A stretch of DNA of 64,000 bases from Octopus vulgaris (lineage: Eukaryota), in assembly GCA_951406725.2 (NCBI GenBank), contig OX597823.1, positions 33,728,001 to 33,792,000 on the forward strand. Direction: 5' to 3'. Of this stretch, positions 39,845-53,113 are shown one piece after another. The position numbers were made by a program, and so were the translations under genes. The notes below the pieces were generated by a model that worked only from the letters and a program-made list of their open reading frames with translations, had not been told where the DNA came from and made no database searches. The first letter of the stretch is position 1. Every line of letters begins with the position of its first letter.

Positions 39845-42079
39845 TGCAGTTCTTTGTGTGTGTGTATTTATATATATTGATGTGTAAGCCTTTGTGCATG
39901 GGCATATATGTATGTGAGCTTATGCGTGTGCATCTGTATGTATAGAGGTCTGTTAGTGTCAATGTTGTTTCCGGACATGGTAGTTTGTCTGTTCTCTCTT
40001 AAAGCACCAAAAGACTTTTTGGATGTGTGGCCTCGTTTGGTCTTGGAGAAGAAGAAGAAGGAGCTTAGTCACATGTGTAGAACCTCGCATTTAAGTGCCC
40101 CCATTGTATATTTGACAAGTTGTCCTCAAAAGTGGTCGCAACACTTATGAAAGCAGCAATTTATTTAATGACAAATTTGTCAGCTTCACTAACGAACAGG
40201 TCAAATTTCAAATATGAAATACAGCTTTCTCTGCTATTTCTATTCTTTCATTCGTATCTTTCATAGATTTGTTGTTGTTGATTGCCCACCACAATTTAAT
40301 AAAAGCACACTCACACACATGCACATACACATGCATACACATACACACATTATGTACATGGATATTTATGTATATGAATATATGTATGCATGTATATATG
40401 TATGTATATATATACGCATGCACACGTGCATGTGTGTGTGTATGCATGTGTGTGTGTGTATGTCTGTGTGTGTGTATGTCTGTGTGTATGTCCGTGTGTA
40501 TGTATATATACATATGTATACATATTTATGTATATATACGTATGTATGTATATATACGTACGTATGTATGCATGTAAGTGTATATATGTATGTACATGCA
40601 TATGCATGTACATATATGTGTGTATGTATGTATGCATGTGTGTATGTATGTATGTATTTATGTATGTATGTATGTATGCATGCATGTATGTATGTATGTG
40701 TGTGTGTATGTACTTATGTATGTATGATGGTCTTCAATATAGTTTCGTTGTATCAATTTCACTCCTAAGGCTTTAGTCTGCTCAAGTAAATAGTAAAAGA
40801 TATTTGCCAATGGCTGGCATGGGTTGGATGGGTCGACTGAATCTCATCAGTTGTAGGACTGTACTGAGTTTCTCTCTGTTTTGGTGTGGTTTCTATAGCT
40901 GGATGCCTTTCCCTAATGCCAATCACTTTACACAATGTACTGGAAGCTTTTCTGTGGTATCAACGCTAGTAAAGCACAATGAGTGTGCAGACATAAGCTT
41001 AATGCTTTCAGGGCCTTACTTTCAAAACATATGGGGCTCTTCTAAAGCACAATGAATTTCCAATTATCTTGCTCCTTTGTCATCTCCTCCACGTGTCTCA
41101 ACATCTTGATACCAGCCTTCACTACTGTCACCTGTCTTGGGTTTCTTCTCATATGTTTCAGTCACATTTAACAATTGCTTCATCCATACACATCACATGT
41201 CCATACCAGTCCAATTTTTCTCTCTTGCCCATTGCATCTGGTTCCTCTTATACCCAGTTCTTCTCTCAATACATTTGCCCTTGTTGTACATACACACTTC
41301 CAATGCACATTCAACGGGGCATACTACCTTCATAGGACTCAAGAAATAGAGCATATATGTTCATTATTTAGCTGTAAACTTACAGGAACAATTCCAGAGC
41401 CTACAGTTTTTATGAGCAGCTCTTCTGAAACTTAAGTGAATTTCCTGAGTATTATCATGAAACTCAAGCTCTTTGAGTCACTTATGAAGCTTTACAGTTA
41501 AATAATAAAGAAATACATATGGATTAGCATTTATTTTTATGCCTGAAAACATTTAAACATTAATTGAAGTGTCACTCAATATTGAGCATCACATATATTT
41601 GAACCAAGAAAAGGATGACAGTAACTTTGAAGTCTCACCATTTGTAGTTCAATCTGACAGGGAAAGTTCAAAGTTACTCTCAACTTTCTCCTTGTAAATT
41701 TACATCCACATATATATATCTACTCATTTATTTTTGTGGTTGTTTTCACATTCATTTTTTTTCCATTTTAGTAGAGGCCACATGAATGTATTATTAAGGC
41801 ATTGTTCCATAGGTGGGTCCCCTTCTATTCATAGCCCTTTCTTCTGTTTTTGAAGCAAGGGATCTTTATTTTACACATCTTTGAAGGCGCAAACTGAATG
41901 GACACAATTTGTTGACAGGACAAATAACATCACTCCTGGTAGCTTGTGATATTTGGACAAATGTAAATGCTAATAAACAGACAAATACTCACACACACAA
42001 ACACAGACACACATACATATATATAGATATGTAATGTCAAGGTACACATGCGACAGATTGTAAGGACCCTGAGAGAAAT

Positions 42080-42802
42080 GTTGGACATAAGAAGCATTGG
42101 ATGTGGTGTGCAAAAGAGACATTTGCATTGGAATGGTCATGTATGAGGAGAGCTGTGTGAAGAAGTGCCACTCTCAAACAGTTGAAAGAAACTGGGGTAG
42201 AGGTAGGCCCAGGAAGACATGGGATGAGGTGGTGACGCATGGCTCTTCAAACGTTGAGCCTCACAGAGGCAATGACGAAAAGCCGAGACCTCTGGAGATA
42301 TGCTGTGACCTGGCAAATAAAATGAGTTTACAGCTGTAACCTACACCAATGTCGCATAAACCAGCCCACTCAAAAGTACCTTGGATCATAGGGTGACATG
42401 CTGTGTTTTAGGAGACCTACTAAGTTAAGTACATCAACATCAAAATAAAAATCAAATGGAAATTGTAATTGTAATCCCTGTGCCAGTGGCATGTAAAAAG
42501 TACCACCCGAACATGGCTTATGCCAGTGCTACCTTGACTGGCTTCTGTGCCAGTGGCACATAAAAAGCACCAACTGATTATCGTCGTTGCCAGCCCCCTC
42601 TGTCCCCCTGTGCCTGTGGCACATAAAAACCACCCACTACACTCTCAGAGTTGTTGGCATTAGGAAGGGCATCCAGCTGTAGAAACACTGCTAGATCAGA
42701 CTGGAGCCTGGTGCAGCCTCCTGGCTTCCAAGACCCCAGTCAAACCATCCAACCCATGCCAGCATGGAAAACAGACGTTAAACAATGATGATGATGATGA
42801 TG
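42080..42802 (+). mobile_element. RTE LINE 3' end: ORF C-terminus + long 3'UTR + (ATG)n tail
   Basis: ESCVKKCH..VE..WGRGRPRKTWDEVV, followed by the family B sequence (TTAGGAAGGGCATCCAGCTGTAGAAAC...CATGCCAGCATGGAAAACAGACGTTAAAC). Confidence 0.85.
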
Positions 42803-42976
42803 GTAGATATATAGATATAGATATATATAGATATATAGCTATGATATTGCCATTAGGAAGAGCATCCTGGTGTTGGAGACATCTTGGTATTAGAAAAATC
42901 ATCCAGGCAACAAAACCATTTCAAAGCAGATACTGGAGCATGATTCAGTCCTTAGACCTGTCTGATCTATCTAACT

Positions 42977-43322
42977 CAGTAGTTTTCAACTGGGACCCAA
43001 TGGCCCCTGAGAGTCCATATAAAACTTTGCAGGGGTTCACATCACAAAATAATAAATTGGTGATCCACAATAATATTTTAGGGCCCCTTAAAGGATTTTG
43101 CTTTAGATGTATATATTGGTATTTATTGCAAGAAACAGCTGGGTTCCTTTCTCTAACATTTTGCGTAATTCAACCCACACAATTTAATGTGTGGAAAAAA
43201 AAATGGAATTTTGAAAGAACTTCATATACAACTAGTTTTTAAAAATCAAATGGCTATGGAGGTCCACCAGAATAAAATAGTCTTCAAAGGGGTCCATAGA
43301 TGAAAAATATTCAAGGACTCTG
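42977..43322. mobile_element. hAT/Charlie-like MITE nested in a family B tail
   Basis: Begins CAGTAGTTTTCAAC and ends GGACTCTG. TSD-like ATCTAACT / ATCTAAAC. The host repeat resumes after it. Confidence 0.65.
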
Positions 43323-43529
43323 ATCTAAACCATGTCAGCATGGAAGATGGACATCAAAAGATGATGGTGATGATGATGAAGATATATGTAATTGTGTGTG
43401 TACGTATGGATATATCTACTATCTATATGTGTATAACAGGCTTCTTTCAGTTTCCATCTACTTCTAAGGCGTTTGTTGGTCTGGGACTGTAGTAGAAAGA
43501 GTACTTCTTACTGTAAAGTATTGAATTTA

Positions 43530-44191
43530 TAGGTGCAGGAGTAGCTGTGTGGTAAGTAGCTTGCTTACCAACCACAAGGTTCCGGGTTTCACTTTGGGCA
43601 AATGTCTTCTACTATAGCCTCAAGCCGACCAAAACCTTGTGAGTGGATTTGATAGATGGAAACTGAAAGAAGCCATCGTATATATATATATGTATATATA
43701 CACACACAAACATATATATATATATATATATATATATCATCATCATCATCATCGTCGTTTAACGTCCGTTCTCCATGCTAGCATGGGTTGGACGGTTCGA
43801 CCGGGGTTCTGGGAAGCCAGAAGGCTGGACCAGGCTCCAGTCTAATCTGGCAATGTTTCTACAGCTGGATGCCCTTCCTAACGCCAACCACTCCGTGAGT
43901 GTAGTGGGTGCTTTTTACGTGCCACCTGCACAGGTGCCAGGCGGGGCTGGCAACGGCCACGGTCAGATTGGTGTATTTTATGTGCCACCGGCACGGAAGC
44001 CAGTCGAGGCGGTGCTGGCATCGGCCACGAGTCGGATAGTGCTTTTTACGTACCACCAGACCAGGGATCCTGGCTGGTTCAATTCGATTTCGATTTCGCT
44101 TGCCCCAACATGTCTTCACAAGCAAAGGGGGTTGGCAAGGGTGCCTGTCGTACGGTCGCATTGGAGTATTTTACGTGCCACGGCCACGAGT

Positions 44192-44237
<46 letters not shown>

Positions 44238-44440
44238 TGTGTGTGTATATGTTTGTGCATCTGTGTTTGTGTCCCCCAACATCCCTTGACAACCAATGCT
44301 GTTGCTTTTACATCCCCGTAACTTAGCGGTTCAGCAAAAGAGACTGATAAAATAAGTACTGGAGTCGATTTGCTCAACTAAAGGCAGTGCTCCAGCATGG
44401 CCGCAGTCAAATGACTGAAACAAGTAAAAGAGTAAAAGAA
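43530..44440 (+). mobile_element. SINE family A split by an insertion in its internal (TA)n
   Basis: 5' half at 43530-43680, 3' half at 44235-44440. Confidence 0.85.
43737..44195 (-). mobile_element. Young family B (RTE 3'UTR) insertion
   Basis: CpG-rich; nearly identical to 58108-58560. Confidence 0.9.
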
Positions 44441-45289
44441 TTTAATCAACTGAAACCAATACCAATGGCTACTTGCAGATCCCTTTTAGAAAAATTTTTG
44501 CTTCATGATTTTTCGCTTAAGAAAAACTGCAAGCAACCATTAACATGTCACTTTTGTTTTCTATTGTTCATTTCTCCCTCTCACTTTTTTTATTAACTGC
44601 CTATCTTTCTTTCTCTCTCTCTCTGTCTCTCTGTTACTCTGTCTCTCTTTCTATTTGTCTGTCTGTCTAATTCATTTTGATCTGAAAAGGAAATAATTAT
44701 AAATCTTTATCCCTGTCTTTCATTTCCTAAACTGTTTTAATATAATTAACAATTTTCTTTTCTACTCTGTACCGATGATGCACAAAAGGCTGTCAACGAA
44801 TAGAGAGATTAATAAAAAGATTATTAAATGTATCAGAGAAAAAAAATTTATTTCAATGGAACAGCATTAACAGCCAGGTTGCGGCTGTGTGACGAAATTT
44901 TTGACACTTCAAGAAGAAAAGGAAGAACAAATTTAACAGTTTTTGTGTGTTTCTAAGTGGTTAACATGACTTTTTTCATGATGTGATTGTTTTAGATTGA
45001 ATTTAGATTGAACATGTGGTCTCAGATCAAATTTCTTGCTAAATTGTACAAGTGAAAGAAACCCCTCACCAAAAGAAATGTCTTTAGATAATTACTTGTT
45101 TGTCCATAAAACAATGAATGAAAAAAAAATTCATAATGAAGCACTTCTTATGTGCTTCTTCCCCGCTTGGGAAACAGGAATGTGTCACTCAAAGAATGAC
45201 TTTTGGGAATTTTTATCATCTTTTGCTTTTGATCATTTTGTGCTTTTCAAATATTTTTATCATTCCGGAGTCTTCATTACCAGAATTGT

Positions 45290-45432
45290 TTTATTTATTT
45301 ACATTTGATGGATATTTGTCCTCATCTTGTTTGTTGTTAACACAACATTTTGGCTGATATACCCTCCAGCCTTCATCAGGAGTCTTGGGGAAATTTTGAA
45401 CTTGGGTTCTCATTCCTGAGGTATTTTTCGAT
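45290..45432 (-). mobile_element. Hammerhead-bearing Penelope-type arm (same family as 13310-13447)
   Basis: Minus strand GACUC-CUGAUGA-A-GGCUG..CAGCC-AAAAUGUU-GUGUU (core mutated). Confidence 0.8.
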
Positions 45433-45474
45433 AGTATTATTATTATTATTATTAATTTTATTGTTATTATTATT

Positions 45475-46095
45475 CAGTAGTTTTATTTTTATATCGTGCT
45501 TTCACTTCACTACCCAGTGCAGCTCTGTGTGCCTTGGGTATGTGCTGTGGTTTGTTGTGATGCTCTTATGGTTACTGTATTGAAAGTGTTTTGCATAGGA
45601 TGTGTGCAGTGCCCAGTAATGCAATTTTCTGTATGTTATATGTATTTGTAAGTCCTGGTGTTTTTGTTATGTATTTGTCTGAATATTTTTTTATCATACC
45701 TAATGTGCCTACTATGATAGGAATTGTTTCTGTTTTTAGATTCCACATTCGAGTTACCTCTATTTCCGAGTCTTTGTATTTTGAAAGTTTCTCCATTTCT
45801 TTTAGAGAAACGTTGTTATCTGCTGGTATTGATACATCAATTAGAAAGCATTTTTTTTCTTCATGATCTGACAACTATATCTGGCCTATTGGCCTTAATT
45901 TCTCTATCTGTGTGTATTGGCATATCCCAAAGTATGGTTGCTTTCTCGTTTTCTGTGACCTTTTCTGGTGTGTGCCTGTACCATCTTTTTTCTGTTGTTA
46001 TTCCATAGTGTTGGCCTAGCTTCCAGTGTATGTAGGTCCCAACTCTGTTGTGTATGTGAGTATATTCCTTCTTAACCAGGACTGGGTAGCCAGAG
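45475..46095 (-). mobile_element. R4/Dong-like LINE 3' end (frameshifted REL endonuclease + 3'UTR) inside (TAA)n
   Basis: HNRVGTYIHWKL..HY..ILWDMPIHTDREIKANRPDIVV / CFLIDVSIPAD..EKLSKYKD..IPIIVGTLG..IQKIALLGTAHIL. Confidence 0.9.
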
Positions 46096-46136
<41 letters not shown>

Positions 46137-46172
46137 TATTATTATTATTATTATCATTATTATTATTATTAT

Positions 46173-46240
46173 TCAGGCCACTGCTTGGAATCGAACTTGG
46201 AATTTTGGGGTTAGTAGCCTGCGCTCTTAATCACTACACC
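46173..46240 (-). pseudogene. tRNA-derived head, second copy
   Basis: Minus strand GGTGTAGTGATTAAGAGCGCAGGCTACTAACCCCAAAATTCCAAGTTCGATTCCAAGCAGTGGCCTG, then (AAT)n. Confidence 0.8.
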
Positions 46241-46520
46241 AGAATGGTTAATGTTGTATGTTTCTGTATTTCTTGGCTTATGTGTTTTGATATAAACTAG
46301 TCTTTGGTATATTTGAATTGTTTCCTGTCTTTTGTAATTCTTGAATGTTTATTCCTTTTGCACATTTTTCTTGGGTACTATCTTTCAAGAAGTATCCATT
46401 TTAGTTGTTGGAGTCTTTTATTTCCAAATTCGAAAATGATTGAACAAATTCTTCATATTAAATTGAACATTATATTTGCATATTTTCCTACGTTTTAGAC
46501 AGCAAGATATGAATGGTGAG

Positions 46521-46814
46521 CAGTAGCGGACTGTGTCTAAAAATATTGGTTGCCAGGAGACTAAGGGGACCCACCCGCAATCACAATGCGATCATTTAAT
46601 TTTTTTTTTTTTTGTTAGAAGTATTCTTTTCACCTATCTACAAACACAGCCAGACTGAAATAATTAATGCATTCTTCCAGGAGTGAATGGAAAATTCTCA
46701 AACTTGAGGGGATGGGCCCCTTAGATACTACCATGGGCCCCCATATATGAATTCTAATGGTGCAGGGGCCCACTTACCACCGGGCAAGTTGGCAACCTGG
46801 CCAATCTGTCACTG
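46521..46814. mobile_element. Probable hAT-type MITE
   Basis: Imperfect TIRs CAGTAGCGGACTG / CAATCTGTCACTG and GGGCCC subterminal motifs; TSD is poor. Confidence 0.5.
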
Positions 46815-47559
46815 GTGGTTGGTGAGGATTGTTTAAAGTTGCTTGGTTTGTAGTGGACGGTGTTTTCATTCCTTGTGTCCCTTTGATGATTAAAATATCC
46901 AGGAAGGGTAAATGATTTTGAAGCCATTGTGAATTGTAAGCTGTTGTGTATTGTTATTAAGGTTTTGAAATCATACAATTGCTCATGTCCATTGTCTCAC
47001 TGAATAAGGCGGTCATGTAAATAATATTTCCAATTTCCTAATAGGTATTTATAGATGCTGATGCTGTATTCTAATTTAGATTCTTCATATATTTGCAATT
47101 CCTGATGTGTCATGGCTGAATTTGTGTATTTGGTGAAAACCATCATTCTCATCACAGCTCCATATTTTTGTTTGTAAATATTATTATTGAATTTAAGGTA
47201 GTGAGGTGGTAGGATCATTAACACACGAAGTCAAATGCTTGGCAGTATTTCATCCATCTTTACGTTCTGAGTTCAAATTCTGCTGAGGAAACTTTGCCTT
47301 TCATCCTTTTGGGGGTCAATAAAATAAATACCAGTTGACTACTGGAGTTGATGTAATCGACCTACCCACTCCCCTAATGTTACTGGCCTTGTGCCAAAAT
47401 TAGAAACCAATATTACTATTGAATTTAAGGTGGCAAGGTGGTAAGATCATTAGCATATGGGGGGAAATGATAAATGGCCTTTTGTCCACCTTCACATTCT
47501 GAGTTCAAATTCCGCCTTTAATCCTTTCATGGTCAATAAAATAGGTACCAGCTATATAT

Positions 47560-47720
47560 ATATACAAAGAATAAGGAGAAAATGGAGAGGTAATTAATAA
47601 AATTATTTATTAATTATAAAATATAGCAACATTTTATTATTGGAGATGTTGTTATATTTATAATTAACAAAATATCATTTATTAATAACCTCTCCAATTA
47701 CCTTATTCTTTATTATATAT
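47560..47720. repeat. AT-rich fold-back repeat
   Basis: AAAGAATAAGG..TGGAGAGGT..ATATAGCAACAT mirrored by ATGTTGTTATAT..ACCTCTCCA..CCTTATTCTTT. Confidence 0.75.
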
Positions 47721-47845
47721 AGAGATATGAACCATGGTTTATAGGGTTACCTTATAGTTGAACTTTCAATAGATTGGTAACTAACCAGTATTTTCATTGG
47801 ATTTATGATCCCTTAATGAGGTTTATTACCTTTGCATGATTCTAT

Positions 47846-47932
<87 letters not shown>

Positions 47933-48381
47933 GTATAGTTGAAATTTACAGAAAAACAAATGGCAAAGACAGGTGTATAAACAACAAACAGGTGTATTAG
48001 TTTGATGTTTGGGAAAGTGAGAAAGCCTTTTATATTTCAAGCCTACACTCTTCAACAGAAAGAAACATGAGGAAATAAACAGAGGGAGAATTAAAAAACT
48101 TGTAGATTTAGAGGTCAAATAACGACTGGTTGGAAAAAAACCTTTGACAGGAGAGGTTGAATGAAGGGGAGATAATAAAGTATTGGTGATCCCAAAATCA
48201 TATATATATATATATATATAAAGGTAAGCAGATTTAGTGGTTGTAGTAACCGACTAAGGGATAATAGGATCCGTATTTACTATCGGCAACAATTACCTGT
48301 GCTATCTCTGGGCATGGATATGCAGGCACACTATGCTCATAGGGTACAGGTGATAACTGAATAAACAAAAGTTTATCAGAA

Positions 48382-48612
48382 ATAAAATTTAAATAAGCAG
48401 AAAATAGAGAAAATCTTTGATCAACAAACAAATAAATTGGCCAACATCAGTTGGTTATGCTTTGTAAGCACTGATTGACATTGGCAGATGAAACGGCTGT
48501 AAGAAATGTTATGTAATGTTATGTTTTGTATCAAAAAATAATTAACTGATGTTGGTCAATTTGTTCATTTGTTGATCAAAAGTTTTCTCCATTTTCTGCT
48601 TACTTAAATTTA
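48382..48612. repeat. Inverted repeat pair (~70-bp arms) with a hammerhead remnant in the spacer
   Basis: AAATTTAAATAAGCAGAAAAT...CCAACATCAGTT versus its reverse complement at ~48544-48612. Spacer has CTGATTGA..GAAACGGCTGTAAG. Confidence 0.75.
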
Positions 48613-48675
48613 CATATATATTTATATATATATAAATGCATGCTCTATAAATATGCTCGCTCTCCCTCTCTCTCT

Positions 48676-48716
<41 letters not shown>

Positions 48717-48773
48717 GTATGTATGTATGTATGTATGTATGTATGTATGTATGTATGTATGTATGTATGTATG

Positions 48774-48814
<41 letters not shown>

Positions 48815-49080
48815 ATATATATATATGCATATATGAACACTCTGTAAAGTGGTTGGTGTTAGGAAGGGCACCCGGCCATAGAAACCATGCCAAATCAGAC
48901 TGGAATCTGGTGCAGCTCTCCAGGTGCCAGCTCTGGTCAAACTGTGCAGCCCAAGCCAGCATGGACAACAGACATTAAAGGATAATGATGATGATGATGA
49001 TGATGATGAGCACTAGGGTCACTTGAATTGGTCAACTCTTTCCCCAAAACTGCTGGTATTAGACCAAAATTCTAATACCA

Positions 49081-49305
49081 GCGGCGAGCTGGCAGAATCG
49101 TTAGCACGCTAGGCAAAAAAAAATGCTTAGTCTGCCGCTACGTTCTGAGTTCAAATTCCGCCGAGGTCGACTTTGCCTTTCATCCTTTCGGGGTCAATTA
49201 AAGAAGTACCAGTCACGCACTGGGGCCGATATAATCGACTTAATCCGTTTGTCTGTCCTTGTTTGTCCCCTCTGTGTTTAGCCCCTTGTGGGTAGTAAAG
49301 AAATA
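49081..49305 (+). mobile_element. Young family C SINE (tRNA-like head + Meta/MESC-like domain)
   Basis: GAGCTGGCAGAATCGTTAGCAC...GAGTTCAAATTCC...GCCTTTCATCCTTTCGGGGTC. 17-bp direct repeat GGTATTAGACCAAAATT at 49055-49071 and 49306-49322. Confidence 0.85.
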
Positions 49306-49743
49306 GGTATTAGACCAAAATTTGAAAATGTTATTATTGAATTTGAAAAAATTATTTTGTGATTTAAAATTTTATTTTTTTTTTGTTAGTCGCTTTATGG
49401 GTTGTTCTGTGATCTCATATCTATATATATCAAGAATGTAACACACCTGATCAGTTGAGGCCTGGGAAACCAACGACCATGCTCTCCACTGCTATTTCCC
49501 AAGGTGGAGATGAACACTGTGCATCTGGGATAATGACAACTACATATACATATATATACACGTGTATCTATCTATATATATGCACACATGTATGTGTGTT
49601 TGTGTGTGTGTGTAAAATCGCTGTGTGTGTATTTAAAGGTTTATGAATTCACTCAAGTAGATTCAGTTGTGAGACACAAAAGCAAATACACACACAGATA
49701 CATACATACGTATGTACATGTGCACGCATGCACACACACACAA

Positions 49744-49778
<35 letters not shown>

Positions 49779-50519
49779 TACTCACACTCTCTTTCTTTCT
49801 CTCAAACATACACACACACAAATACACACACTCTTTCTCTCAAACACACACACAAACACATACACTCTCTCTCTTTCTTTTTCTCAAACACACATGCACA
49901 AACACACACACACATTCTCTCTCTTTCTTTCTCTCAAAGACACACACACACACACACACACACATGCACAATAGTTCAATTTCATTATTGGACAGTCGTG
50001 AAAGTGACCTCCCTTGCATGATGCTTAAAAGCTGAAAGCAAGGATAACTGATAAAAAAAAAAAAAGCTGTTTGGAATTGTCCCAAGAGTGTCAGAAATGA
50101 AAACAGCAGTTTCCAGATCAGTGAGCATGAAACAGCTGTTTTCACATGTACCACATGCATGATTTTTGAAGAAAACATAAAAATAAGTGTTTTCCTGATA
50201 GCATTTGTATAATATTTCAAAATATACTCAAACAGATAATTCAAGAGGAAATGGGCTCAGATTTCCTGCCAAAATAGCAGAACTCTGTAACTCAGAATAA
50301 CAGTAATTTAGAGCTTTTCAGGTTCTTATGTATTGAAGTATATTTTGCATTCAACTATTGAGTTCACGTGTCCTTGCTTTCTGGTGAATCAACAGAAATA
50401 TATATATATATATATATATATACACATTATTAATATTTAGCAGAAGTAACAGAGTGCTAAATATTAAGAAAAATATTATAGGCGTGGGAGTGGGTGGGTG
50501 TGTGGTAAGTAGCTTGGTA

Positions 50520-50652
50520 CTCCAGCATGGTACTCCAGCATGGCGACAGTCAAATGACCAAAACAAATGAAAGAATAAAGGAATGCTCATTTTCTGAGTA
50601 TTCTTTTTCCTGTTTGCATCAACATACCTACATACATACATACATACATACA

Positions 50653-50683
<31 letters not shown>

Positions 50684-50801
50684 TAGACAAAAAGAGATAA
50701 CGAAACGAAGGCTGTGAGGTGTTTTCATGTCATTTATAAGGAAAATGTCCTTATAAATGTCCTGAAACTCCTCACAGCCTTGGCTTTGTTATGTGTTTTT
50801 G

Positions 50802-50851
<50 letters not shown>

Positions 50852-50967
50852 CGTTTTTGGATTTGGTTCTTTATGTGAGTTTGTGTGTTGAAGCATATTC
50901 TGTTGTGTCTAGGGAGAGTCATTGTTAAATTATAAGGCACTAAAAGAGAATGACTCTCCCTAGACAG

Positions 50968-51039
<72 letters not shown>

Positions 51040-51460
51040 ATATATATACATATAGTTATCTTTTGACTATCTTGAGTGTTACATTCCAAAATCCCACAAA
51101 AATAATTAAAATCTCAAAATATATAAATACTTATTGGCTGCAGAAACCCAGATATACTGAGGAGTCTGCAATATAAATTATACATATATTAGCCAGAAAG
51201 TTCCGTGATGTGCTGAGTGTGCAATAGGTAAACTGTGATATGGTGTGGAATTACTGTTAGGAATTTTCAGGACATTCACCAGGACATTTTACTTATAAAT
51301 GTCCTGAAATCTCCTCACAGCCTTGGCTTTGTTATCTGTTTTTCTCTAAGGTATGTATGTATGTAAATGCAAACAGGAAAAATAGAACTCAGAAAATGAG
51401 CATTCTTTTATTCTTTTATTTTTTCGGTCATTTGACTGTGACCATGCTGGAGCACTGCTT
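50520..51460. repeat. Nested inverted repeats of Penelope-type tail and SINE A tail
   Basis: Hairpins at ~50680-50808 and ~50895-50975; ~50520-50740 is inverted relative to ~51290-51455. Confidence 0.7.
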
Positions 51461-51626
51461 TTAGTCAAGCAAATTGACCTCAGGACTTATTCTTTGTAAA
51501 CCTATTACTTATCCTATCAGTCTCTTTTACAGGGACGTAAAGACACCAACATTGGTTGTCAAGTGATGATGGGGGGACAAACACAGACACACAAACATAT
51601 ACATACATACATACATACATACATAC

Positions 51627-51701
<75 letters not shown>

Positions 51702-51949
51702 CGACAGGCTTATGCTAGCTATATATATATATATATTAATTATCATCATCTTCATTATTTTAATTTCTACTTTTCCATTTTGAAGAGGCAGTTATAACAG
51801 TCCTAGATTATTGTAATTTTAGTATATTCTTACTATGTATATCTAATAAGCTGACCTGCCACCTTTTCCTATTCCAAGTTAAATGAGATGGTTGCAACTG
51901 TACTTTGAACACACCCTACTCAGCACTGCCTGTCCCAGCTGGTCCGTTT

Positions 51950-52650
51950 GCAGAATGCAGTCAGGATGATTGGAACTATGCAATAAAGGGTTGTGTTAAA
52001 CTGAGCAAAAACACTACAGAAACTTGCAAAATGCTCCAGACTGGTCATTGATGAAAATTTTCAGTGGCAGAAGAGATTCAAGGATGGTTGAGAGGAGTTG
52101 AGAGATGATGAGAGGTGTAAGAGGGAGAAGTGTGTCCTAACATTAGAAACTGGTTGAGGAAATTTGCAATTTTCTGGAGGAATCCTATTGTATATCTATA
52201 AAGACAACAAGCAAACAGTTTGGAGTTGGTGTGGCCACTGTTTACAGAATTATTCATGAAGATTTGGACATGCACTAAATTCATGCAAAGGTATTCAGTG
52301 ATGAGTATTCTGGCAAGCAACTATTTAACAGGGATGGTCATCAAAACTCTCCCTCATGCTCCTCCCTACAGTCCAGACCTTGCTCCCTTGCTGGTTGTTC
52401 CTCAAACTGAAGGAGAACCTCAGGGGTAGTTATTTTGAAGACACTGAGAAGATGAAGGAAACTGCGACAAGGATCTCGAACTTCTTCACATCGGTGGACT
52501 TCCAGGGGGGGGGGGGGCTTCATGAAGTGGCTGGAGAATTACAAGTGCATCAACGTCAGAGAATCCTACTTTGAAGATGATTAGAGTTTTGCATCCATTT
52601 GAAATTAATATAAATGTCTCTCCAGAAATTGTCTGAAAAGTTCAGGAATG
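51950..52650 (+). mobile_element. Internally deleted, decayed mariner
   Basis: N-terminal CVKLSKNTTETCKML..FQWQKRFKDG; C-terminal PPYSPDLAP / WLFLKLKENLRGSYFED. Confidence 0.8.
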
Positions 52651-53077
52651 TCACAGAGCAAGAATTTGAGACAAAATTTATTAATGGGTCAAACATTTAT
52701 TTCAAAGTGATCACATGGGTCACACAGAATTGTTTGAGGCAGATTTTTCTGTAGCTGGATGACCTTCCTGTCACCTATTTCTAAACTCAGTAGTATTACT
52801 TCCAGCCATGACCATCCCATTTCGTTTCTCTGTGCAGGGGAACTCTGCATCATGTTATTCAATGTTCGTTTCTTTTTAAGATGGTACAATGTGATTTGAG
52901 AGAGATTTAGTTGTTATTTCTCACATACTGAGCGACCACGTAGAAGCTTGCTCACTGGTCAGCTCTTGGTAGTGGTGAATGATGAGAGAAATAGTGGAGG
53001 TGATAATGATGATGATAATGACAGTTATGATGATGATGATGATGATAATGACCACACTGTTTGTATTTATGTATGAT

Positions 53078-53113
53078 TTACTTACTATGCCTTTTTTCTC
53101 GTTTCAGGTAAGT
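53078..53113 (+). other. Candidate recursive splice site (acceptor directly fused to donor)
   Basis: TTACTTACTATGCCTTTTTTCTCGTTTCAG|GTAAGT, with no other AG in the ~80 nt upstream. Confidence 0.5.
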
